Part shown: positions 16,072-23,194 of the stretch, piece after piece
Position numbering within the stretch: position 1 is the first letter of the stretch
How the letters are laid out: each line of letters opens with the position of its first letter
From: an uncultured Oscillospiraceae bacterium
GTDB taxonomy: Bacteria; Bacillota; Clostridia; Christensenellales; CAG-138
DNA length: 64,000 nucleotides
Assembly: GCA_964490325.1 (NCBI GenBank)
Contig: CAZBBX010000003.1
Coordinates: forward strand, 25,381-89,380
Direction of reading: 5' to 3'
Program-made: the position numbers and the translations under genes
Notes under the pieces: model-generated
Told to the model about the DNA's origin: nothing
The model's database searches: none
The model's input: only the letters and a program-made list of their open reading frames with translations

Positions 16072-18915
16072 ATGATGGAAAGCCAACAGAACAAAGAAAG
16101 CAGGCAACAGCTGTGCATTGCGGCTGTGCAAAAACCGTTGGCAGGCGCCCTGCTTCTCGCCTTTACGGGCGCATGGGCAGCGATGCTGTGCATAAGCGAA
16201 AACGGCTTGGAAGCGGTCAATCTTTGCATAAGCGGCGCTCCCTCTTTCCTGTTCTTGGCGGTTCTGCTGCTGTCCTCCTTTTTAGAGGGGAGGGCAAAGC
16301 GCCTGACGCTCTCAATTGCACTGCTCCTTCCCTTCGGCCTTAATGTCCTCTATTTCATTTATCGCATGCTTGCCGCGGCACAACAGGGTGAATTTGCAGC
16401 CTTGTCCGCATATGCCGCGCCTGCTGCCTCCTTTGCGGCGTGCTTCATGGGCATAGCCGTATTGGTATCAAATCGCACGGGTACGCGCTTGCTGGCCTGC
16501 ATGGCTGCGGCGTTTGCACTTACGGCACAGCTGCTGCGGTGGATGGACGCCGCGCCTTCCGTCACGCTCATCTTGGAGAGCGGCATGACGATCCTCTTTG
16601 TGACGGGTGTTCTTGCCGTTGCGATCAATACACGTTCCATAAAGCGCTTAAAGCGCGTACAAATCAAACGGCGACTGACCATAGCGGACTGTCAACTGGA
16701 TCTGGCGCGGCACAGCCTGCGCCTGTTCCTGAGCTTCGGCGTTTGGCGTATGATCTGGACCTATCGCATGACGCGTTGCTTTTATGTCGGAGCGCGGCAG
16801 GGAAAGAAGGCGGGCGGAACGATCCTGCTGTACCTGTTTGTGCCCTTCTACGCCGTATACTGGAATTATCGTCTGGCAAAGATCTTGGATCAAACAAAGC
16901 AAGAGCTTGGCTTTGCGGGCAGGAGTGCCTTAAGCTGCCTGCTGCTGACGCTGTTTGGCTGCGGCGGCATAGCCACCATACTCCTGCAGGACTCCGTGAA
17001 CGCCATAGCGGAGCGTAAGCTGTTCGAGGACACGCGGCTGCTGGCTCGGGCAAGCACACTTTTGCAGTTTGGGGACGCGCCCGTGCTGATCGGGGAACGC
17101 TGCGTGCGCAAGGATCGTTCCAAACGAACGGTCTTTGGGACGGCGCGCCTTCTGCCCATCGGCAAACGAAAGCTGCTTTCCGTTCGCTTTGACATCATCG
17201 GCAAGGACGCGGCAGGCGCGGAAGTGGAGACGCAGCGCGGCGTCACCTTTGCTGACTTTACGGAGGACGAGCAAACAGACGGCGGCTGCCAAATGAAGTT
17301 TCCCTTCTCCGATTCGACGGTGCGAAGCTTTTCCATCCGTCCCGTTGAAGCGCTTTATGGATCGGGAGCCGAATGGAAGGGCGGGGACGCTGTTTGCACG
17401 GTCCTTGCTGCGCAGAAACGTCTGGAAGCGGACGGTCGTTCGGAAGCGCTCGTGCGCCGCTATCGGCAGGCACTGTATGCACGCTGCCCCAACTGTGACG
17501 CCGTCTTTGCACCAACGGAGTACGGCGAGCTGCTGGCGTGCAGCTGCGGCGGCATAGGCGAACGCAGCGAACGCTGTCCCTGCTGCGACACGCCGCTTGC
17601 GATCCAATGGGAGCTGTACAAAAAAGACGCATTGGAAGAGGCACAGCAGGCGGAACGGGAACGCAAAAGCGTCGCAAAGGAGCCCCTCCGCAAGGGCTTC
17701 GGACTGGGCATGGCAAGCGTACTGCTGCTGGCGTTACTGGTGTTCTCCCTGTCCTATGCGCTGCCCGAGCTGAAGCTGTTGCAGGCGAAGCAGCTGTATG
17801 ACGAAGGGGAATATGCAAAGGCGCGGGAAAGCTTTGTCATTATGAGCGGCTATACAGGCAGCAACGAATATGTCAACGCCTGTGATTATGCCACAGCGGC
17901 CGCCTTGGAGGAGCAGGGCGATACGGCTGCTGCCGCAAGCCTGTTCGCCTCGTTAAACGGCTACAAGGACAGCGCGGCGCGCAGCAGCAAGCTTGACGCG
18001 GGAGCGGCATATGACTATGCGGTGGCCTGCTATCGGCGCGGCGCGTATCGGGACGCCATCACCGCGTTAGAACCCTTGGAGCGGGACGCCTATTCCGATG
18101 CAGACTACCTGTATCAGCTTTCGCATCTTGGCGTCATCCAACAACTTTTAGAGCAGGAGGAGCTGCAAAAGGCTATGGAGCTGGGGGAGAGCTGCGCTAA
18201 AAAGCTGTATTGGCAGCCCGATGGCGAACTGATGCAGATGTATACGCAGCTGTTGTCCGCCTATTTATCGGATAAAGCGGACTGGTCGGAGAAGCTGATC
18301 CTGTGGGACTACTTTGATATGTCGGATCAAAAGGGACAGTACAGCAGGGAGCTGTTTGCCCGCTCCGAACTGTTTCGCGACGGAGATCTGTACGGCCTGC
18401 GCCTCACGGAGGGCAGAATACAGCCCTGCATCCTGCAAGCGGCAGAATATGCAAAGATCGTGCTTATAGAGGGAGCGGACTACGCTATCGTGTCCGTCAA
18501 CGGCGTCCTCATGGGAACCATGCTTGCGGATGGGAGCTTCCGCATTGCGCCGCTGTTTTCGGAGTATCGCAGGATCGATGACAACTACTATCGCATCTCG
18601 CATGACGGCAAGTACGGCGTGATGAGCAAGGACGGACAGCTTGTGCTTCCCCAAGTCTACGACGAGCTTGCCCTGCTGCACTCCTATGCGGACAAACGCC
18701 TTGTTTGGATACGCGAAGGCGAACTGTGGGGCGTCTACGACCTGCACAAGCAAAAGGTGACGGTGACGCCGCAGTTTAGCACACTGCCCGAAGCCTACCT
18801 GTATGATAATAACGGTGCAGTGGTCGCCGATGGCACATATGCATTGCTGGACGGACAGCTGGTTAATGATGAGGGAGAGGCCGTTCCCCTGCCAAGCACA
18901 GCGCCGACCGCCTGA
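16072..18915 (+). CDS. 947-aa polytopic membrane protein: N-terminal multi-TM block, DUF4234-like segment, Cys4 zinc-ribbon, TM, helical-repeat region, C-terminal WG-type repeats
   Basis: It has at least 6 N-terminal hydrophobic helices. FVPFYAVYWNYRLAKILD resembles DUF4234. CPNCDAVF...CSCGG...CPCCDTPL is zinc-ribbon-like. The C-terminus carries WG-type repeats (KYGVMSKDGQLVLPQVYDEL, LWGVYDLHKQKVTVTPQFS). Confidence 0.7.
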   Translation: MMESQQNKESRQQLCIAAVQKPLAGALLLAFTGAWAAMLCISENGLEAVNLCISGAPSFLFLAVLLLSSFLEGRAKRLTLSIALLLPFGLNVLYFIYRMLAAAQQGEFAALSAYAAPAASFAACFMGIAVLVSNRTGTRLLACMAAAFALTAQLLRWMDAAPSVTLILESGMTILFVTGVLAVAINTRSIKRLKRVQIKRRLTIADCQLDLARHSLRLFLSFGVWRMIWTYRMTRCFYVGARQGKKAGGTILLYLFVPFYAVYWNYRLAKILDQTKQELGFAGRSALSCLLLTLFGCGGIATILLQDSVNAIAERKLFEDTRLLARASTLLQFGDAPVLIGERCVRKDRSKRTVFGTARLLPIGKRKLLSVRFDIIGKDAAGAEVETQRGVTFADFTEDEQTDGGCQMKFPFSDSTVRSFSIRPVEALYGSGAEWKGGDAVCTVLAAQKRLEADGRSEALVRRYRQALYARCPNCDAVFAPTEYGELLACSCGGIGERSERCPCCDTPLAIQWELYKKDALEEAQQAERERKSVAKEPLRKGFGLGMASVLLLALLVFSLSYALPELKLLQAKQLYDEGEYAKARESFVIMSGYTGSNEYVNACDYATAAALEEQGDTAAAASLFASLNGYKDSAARSSKLDAGAAYDYAVACYRRGAYRDAITALEPLERDAYSDADYLYQLSHLGVIQQLLEQEELQKAMELGESCAKKLYWQPDGELMQMYTQLLSAYLSDKADWSEKLILWDYFDMSDQKGQYSRELFARSELFRDGDLYGLRLTEGRIQPCILQAAEYAKIVLIEGADYAIVSVNGVLMGTMLADGSFRIAPLFSEYRRIDDNYYRISHDGKYGVMSKDGQLVLPQVYDELALLHSYADKRLVWIREGELWGVYDLHKQKVTVTPQFSTLPEAYLYDNNGAVVADGTYALLDGQLVNDEGEAVPLPSTAPTA

Positions 18916-18984
18916 TACAGCAAAGCACGTATCCGCGTTTACATACAAGACCAGACTGCTTCAACAGAAAATTTTGCCTCCGTC

Positions 18985-19027
18985 AAAAAAAGGATCTTGA
19001 CCCGACTATGCGGGCAAGATCCTTTGT
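18985..19027. terminator. bidirectional terminator between the 947-aa gene and the sortase gene
   Basis: A 13-bp stem (AGGATCTTG[A]CCCG / CGGGCAAGATCCT) is flanked by A7 upstream and TTTGT downstream. Confidence 0.7.
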
Positions 19028-19062
19028 GCTTATGAAATGGGAATGGCTGCGCTTTCCTTGCG

Positions 19063-20091
19063 TCAGTCGATGGGGACCAAGACGCCCTGCACGATGAAGC
19101 GCTGCATGTCGTCCTTAACAACGCAGGTGACAAGGGTGATGATCTTATCGTCCGAGGTGGGGATGATCCCCGTGGTGACCTCGGAGCGCACCGCGCAGCC
19201 CGTCAGGTAGGACTGGTAGTCACTGCTGCTGTCGAAGCGCGTTACGTTGTAGTCGCCTGCAATGTCGTCCTGATAGGCGGCAAACACATAGATAAGGTAA
19301 TTCTGCGATGGCGTATACAGCTGCATGACGGGATGCGAATCAAAGTAGCTCTGCGTAGCGTACTTGTTCAGCTTGCCAAACATGGAGCCGTTGTTCATGC
19401 GATGCCCATGGATGATGGTATTGCGGGTCTTAAACGGCGTAAAACCGGATTCAATGAACAGACTGCCCGCAATGTTTTCCGTTTGGTCATACATATGCGT
19501 GAGGTAGTAGCCGGTCGGATGCGCATCCGATTCCTGCACCACGGGATAGTTGATGGAGGAATCCTGCAGATAGAGCCAAGCCACCACGTCACTGTTGATC
19601 GCTCGCAGCGTGGTGAAGTTGATATCGATCGGGGAGATGGTCGTTTGACCGTCGGTGGCTGCGGGGGTAGCCGTAGCCGTACTGCCGTTGGAGGTAGCCT
19701 TTGCGGTCGCCTTGCTCGTTGCTTTGCTTGTTGCCTTAGCCGTTGCACTTGCAGCAGCCGCCGTATCCGTAGGCTGCGGGTCTTCGGTGCCCGGGCTGCC
19801 TGCATCGGGGGTGGTCAGCGGCTCGGTCGGCTCGGGCGTATCCGTGACGGGTACGGAAGTTGTGACCTGATACGGATCCAAGGGGATCACGATCGTTTGA
19901 CCGTCCGAAGTAACGGCTTGATCGATCGCATCGTCAATGACGCGCTTCGCTTCCCAGGGACGCGATTCCAAAAGCTGCAGCAGGATGAGCGTGCAGCTGA
20001 TAACAATGATCAGGATCAAAACCAGCATGACGATGGTCAAAACCATCTTTTCCTGCTGTTTTTTCTTGCTTGCCTTGGTGTTAGAAGTCAT
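19063..20091 (-). CDS. srtB: class B sortase with a long Thr/Pro/Ala-rich stalk
   Basis: The ATG at 20091 is preceded by AAGGAGGA. A TM (MVLTIVMLVLILIIVISCTLILL) and a roughly 130-aa low-complexity linker follow. The catalytic domain reads INSDVVAWLYLQDSSINYPVVQ...TIIHGHRM...IITLVTCVV. Confidence 0.8.
   Translation of the reverse strand: MTSNTKASKKKQQEKMVLTIVMLVLILIIVISCTLILLQLLESRPWEAKRVIDDAIDQAVTSDGQTIVIPLDPYQVTTSVPVTDTPEPTEPLTTPDAGSPGTEDPQPTDTAAAASATAKATSKATSKATAKATSNGSTATATPAATDGQTTISPIDINFTTLRAINSDVVAWLYLQDSSINYPVVQESDAHPTGYYLTHMYDQTENIAGSLFIESGFTPFKTRNTIIHGHRMNNGSMFGKLNKYATQSYFDSHPVMQLYTPSQNYLIYVFAAYQDDIAGDYNVTRFDSSSDYQSYLTGCAVRSEVTTGIIPTSDDKIITLVTCVVKDDMQRFIVQGVLVPID
19697..19756 (-). 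repeat. about five 12-bp tandem units encoding (A/S)KAT repeats in the sortase linker
   Basis: The plus strand reads GCCTTGCTCGTT GCTTTGCTTGTT GCCTTAGCCGTT and so on. The protein reads ATAKATSKATSKATAKATS. Confidence 0.7.
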
Positions 20092-20110
20092 AACATCCTC
20101 CTTGCGTGTC

Positions 20111-20139
20111 ATTATACTACAACGCTCCCCCTTCGTCAA
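20111..20139 (-). promoter_or_regulatory. near-consensus sigma-A promoter of the sortase gene
   Basis: The minus strand reads TTGACG-17 nt-TATAAT, about 20 nt upstream of the RBS and ATG. Confidence 0.65.
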
Positions 20140-20217
20140 AACAAATGATCAGGGAAGCTTGCGCCCTTGCAATAAGTTCACATTTCTGCTACACTTAAAA
20201 CACAAGGAGGCAAGCAT

Positions 20218-20775
20218 ATGCCTATATTTGTCCATGGCTCCGAAAAGGATAAGCTGACCATCCTATATTTCATTCGCTCCTTCTCCGAAGGCATCACGCA
20301 GGAGCAGCTGTACCACGCCATTTACACCTGCGGCTGCATGGAGTACTTTGCGTATTCACAGGCGATCTCCGAGCTGGAGGAGGACGGCTATCTGGCCGTT
20401 GTTCCCTGCAGCTTCGGGCAATGCTACCATCTGTCCGCGCAGGGCTCCGACACCTTGGAAATGTTTCAAAAGAGCCTGCCGATCTCCCTTAGAAAGGAAC
20501 TGGACGAGTATGTCCAGTTAAATCGCGACGCCATTCGCCGCGAAATGCAGATCGTTACGGGCATGGAGGAGCTGAAGGGCGGGGGGTATTTGGTGACCCT
20601 CACCGTCGCCGAGAAGACGAACCTTGTGTTGGAGATCAAACTGTCGCTGTCCTCAAAGGAGCAGGCGTTGACGATGCGCGCCAACTGGGAGGAGCACTGC
20701 TCCGACCTGTACGATCATATTTGGGACACGCTCTTGACTTCCAAGAACGCAACGCCCAAAGAGGAAACGCCCTAG
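20218..20775 (+). CDS. DUF4364-family putative transcriptional regulator
   Basis: AAGGAGG RBS. The N-terminus (KDKLTILYFIRSFSEGITQEQLYHAIYTCGCMEYFAYSQAISELEEDGYL) resembles the DUF4364 winged-helix family common in Clostridia. Confidence 0.55.
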   Translation: MPIFVHGSEKDKLTILYFIRSFSEGITQEQLYHAIYTCGCMEYFAYSQAISELEEDGYLAVVPCSFGQCYHLSAQGSDTLEMFQKSLPISLRKELDEYVQLNRDAIRREMQIVTGMEELKGGGYLVTLTVAEKTNLVLEIKLSLSSKEQALTMRANWEEHCSDLYDHIWDTLLTSKNATPKEETP

Positions 20776-21836
20776 ACATAGACCTTCTTTACATAGGAGC
20801 TGGTGGACAGCGCCAAGAGCGCGCCGTAGCTTAGGGTAAAGTCGATCGTGTCGCCGACGGCAAGCGTGCTGCGCTCACTTAAGTCGACGATCAGGTGGTC
20901 GGAGCTGGAGCCTATCACGCGGATGCCCGCATCGCAGGGGGTCAAGCCCTCATGCGGAACATCCTGCCGTCCGACGGCCAGTATGCCGCGCCGCTGTATC
21001 CCTACATCCTGATACTCCATCGTCTCGCCAAAGGCGTTCTTGCTGCGCGCACCCTCCGGATAGGAGGGCTTATTTTGCACCTCGATCAGCTCGGCACGCA
21101 GGACGAAGGCGTCCGTGTGCAGCGGCGGCAGGGGCTTGCAGCCCGCCGTCTCGCGCCCCAGCATACCGCATTCTCCAATGCGCAGAAGGTTGACGCCCTT
21201 GGGCAGCCCTTCGCTTAGCAGCAGCGAGACGGAGGAGGAGTTGCCGCCGCCCACAAGGGGCAGCTCGAGGGAAAACTCCTTTTCCATTAGATCGCGTATG
21301 GCAACGAGCTTGGACAGATTCTCATGGCTTGGAAGCACGCTCCCATAGCAGGTCAAATTGGTAGCAACGCCCAAAAAAACCAGTCCTTTTGCTTCAGACA
21401 GAAACTGCGCCGCTTGGCGGATCGCCGCAAGGTCGCTGTAATACAGCCCTTCGCGCAGATCGCCAAGGTCGATCATCAGCAGCACGCCATGCCTGCGGCC
21501 TCGCCTTAGAGCGGCTTCATTGAGCAGCTTCAGCGTAGTCAGCTCGCTCTCCAAGCTGATCTCGCTTGCCTCCGTGACCGCCTCCGCCTCGGAGGGCATG
21601 GAAAGGCGCAGCAGCATCCGCGGCAGAGCGCCCCGTATCCGCTGCAGGTTTTCGATGCGGGAATCGGCGATATAGTCCGCCCCGCTCTCCTCGATGAGCT
21701 GAACCACGCGCTCGTCCGCGCAGACCACCTTGCTCACCACCGCAAGACGTATACCGCGGTCGTGGCAAAGCGCAGTCAGGTACGACAGGTTTTCCTTTAG
21801 CTTTTGCGTATGCAGGATCAGCGCAGGATAGTTCAC
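20772..21836 (-). CDS. orr: ornithine racemase (alanine-racemase fold)
   Basis: The gene lies at the end of the ornithine cluster. AVVSKVVCAD is the PLP-Lys region. The likely GTG start at 21836 forms a GTGA overlap with the upstream stop and is preceded by AAAGGAG; the track start is a TTG. Confidence 0.7.
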   Translation of the reverse strand: MNYPALILHTQKLKENLSYLTALCHDRGIRLAVVSKVVCADERVVQLIEESGADYIADSRIENLQRIRGALPRMLLRLSMPSEAEAVTEASEISLESELTTLKLLNEAALRRGRRHGVLLMIDLGDLREGLYYSDLAAIRQAAQFLSEAKGLVFLGVATNLTCYGSVLPSHENLSKLVAIRDLMEKEFSLELPLVGGGNSSSVSLLLSEGLPKGVNLLRIGECGMLGRETAGCKPLPPLHTDAFVLRAELIEVQNKPSYPEGARSKNAFGETMEYQDVGIQRRGILAVGRQDVPHEGLTPCDAGIRVIGSSSDHLIVDLSERSTLAVGDTIDFTLSYGALLALSTSSYVKKVYV

Positions 21837-23194
21837 AGTCCTAAACTCCTTTGCAGCAGATGACAAGCGTCAAGGGGATATGCCTTGGACAGCGCACCCA
21901 CGGACGCCATGATGTAGTCGTTGTCAAAAAGCAGGCGTACGCTGCCCTTCTTGGGAAACAGCAGCATACGGTTCTCGTTGAGGTCGGCCATGGAGCGCAG
22001 CAAGGCCTCTCGGTGCGGCAGCCGCGTTAAGGCTCCGCCCGTGCCGATCAGCCAGCGGACGCAGCTGAGATCCTTGCCCTCCGCAACGGTCTGCCGTCCC
22101 TGCGGCGTGTAGAGATAGCGCAGGGAGCCGCAATGCCGCCGCAGCGCCGTCAGCCCCGCTTCCAAGCAGAGCCGCTCCGTCAGACGAAACTGGGCTTCAC
22201 TTTCGGGGATGGAGCGGTACGCGGCGCATACGGCGTCCATGTCGATATCCAATTCCCGCGAAAGCTTGTCCCTGCCGATCCGATCGATCAGATGCGCCGC
22301 GTTGACGTACAGACCAAGATCGCCCTCCACGGTGCGCTTGGCAAAGGGCTCGGGCGCGGTCAACAGGCGCGCGATCTCCTCCGACCCTTCGGTGACGGAG
22401 TGAACGTCCGTGGTAGCGCCGCCGATGTCCAGCACGCACAGGTCGCCGATCTGTTCATATAAAAGCTTAGCCGCCAGCATCACGCTGCCGGGCGTGGGCA
22501 GGATGGCGCCGTCCACCAAGTCGCGGATGTGCTCCATGCCGGGCGCCTGTACGATGTGCCGCTCAAAGGCCTCCTGAATGCAGACCCGCACAGGCTCCAC
22601 GTTGAGCACATCGAGGCGGGGATAGACGTTTTCTGTCACGGAAAGGGGGATGTCGTAGGCGGCGCACAGCTCCTTCACACGCGGAATGTTTTGGATATTC
22701 CCGCAGTACACAAGGGGGATGCGGATCCCCGCGCTGCCGATGCGCTCCAAGTTGTACAGCGCCGTGTCGCGCTCGCCGTAGTCGGTACCACCCGCCAAAA
22801 GGATCAGCTTGGGCGCAAGGCGCTTGAGCTCAGTGATCTCCTCATCGCGCATACGCCCCGCCGTTAAAAAGCACAGCACGGCTCCCGCACCCAAGGCCGC
22901 TGCCTCCGCAGCGCGCACGGTCATGTCGCGTACCAGCCCGTGGACGCTCATCCGAAGGCCGCCCGCTGCGGAACCCGTCGCCAGCATGGTCATGCAGTCT
23001 ACGCGTTTCTCGCCCAAAGCACGACAAAGGGCGGCGCGTGCGTTGTTGAGTCCAACGCACACGTCGCCGTCCGTTACGGTCGTTGCAGCCTGCCCGCTGC
23101 CCAAGAAGCGGGGCGCGCCCGTCCCAAGGCCGTCAAAGGCGTTCAGGATGGTCGTCGTGGAACCGATCTCGGCGACGAGCGCGTCTATCTTCAT
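21833..23194 (-). CDS. GlmL/MutL-like protein (putative ornithine aminomutase reactivase)
   Basis: The N-terminus is MKIDALVAEIGSTTT, with a second DIGGATTD ATPase-fold motif. Its start forms an ATGA overlap with the oraE stop. Confidence 0.65.
   Translation of the reverse strand: MKIDALVAEIGSTTTILNAFDGLGTGAPRFLGSGQAATTVTDGDVCVGLNNARAALCRALGEKRVDCMTMLATGSAAGGLRMSVHGLVRDMTVRAAEAAALGAGAVLCFLTAGRMRDEEITELKRLAPKLILLAGGTDYGERDTALYNLERIGSAGIRIPLVYCGNIQNIPRVKELCAAYDIPLSVTENVYPRLDVLNVEPVRVCIQEAFERHIVQAPGMEHIRDLVDGAILPTPGSVMLAAKLLYEQIGDLCVLDIGGATTDVHSVTEGSEEIARLLTAPEPFAKRTVEGDLGLYVNAAHLIDRIGRDKLSRELDIDMDAVCAAYRSIPESEAQFRLTERLCLEAGLTALRRHCGSLRYLYTPQGRQTVAEGKDLSCVRWLIGTGGALTRLPHREALLRSMADLNENRMLLFPKKGSVRLLFDNDYIMASVGALSKAYPLDACHLLQRSLGL

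Noticed and set aside
18883-18915. 'LPSTA' near the C-terminus of the 947-aa protein, considered as a sortase motif
   Set aside because: It lies 4 residues from the stop with no following hydrophobic helix or basic tail, so it is not a sorting signal.
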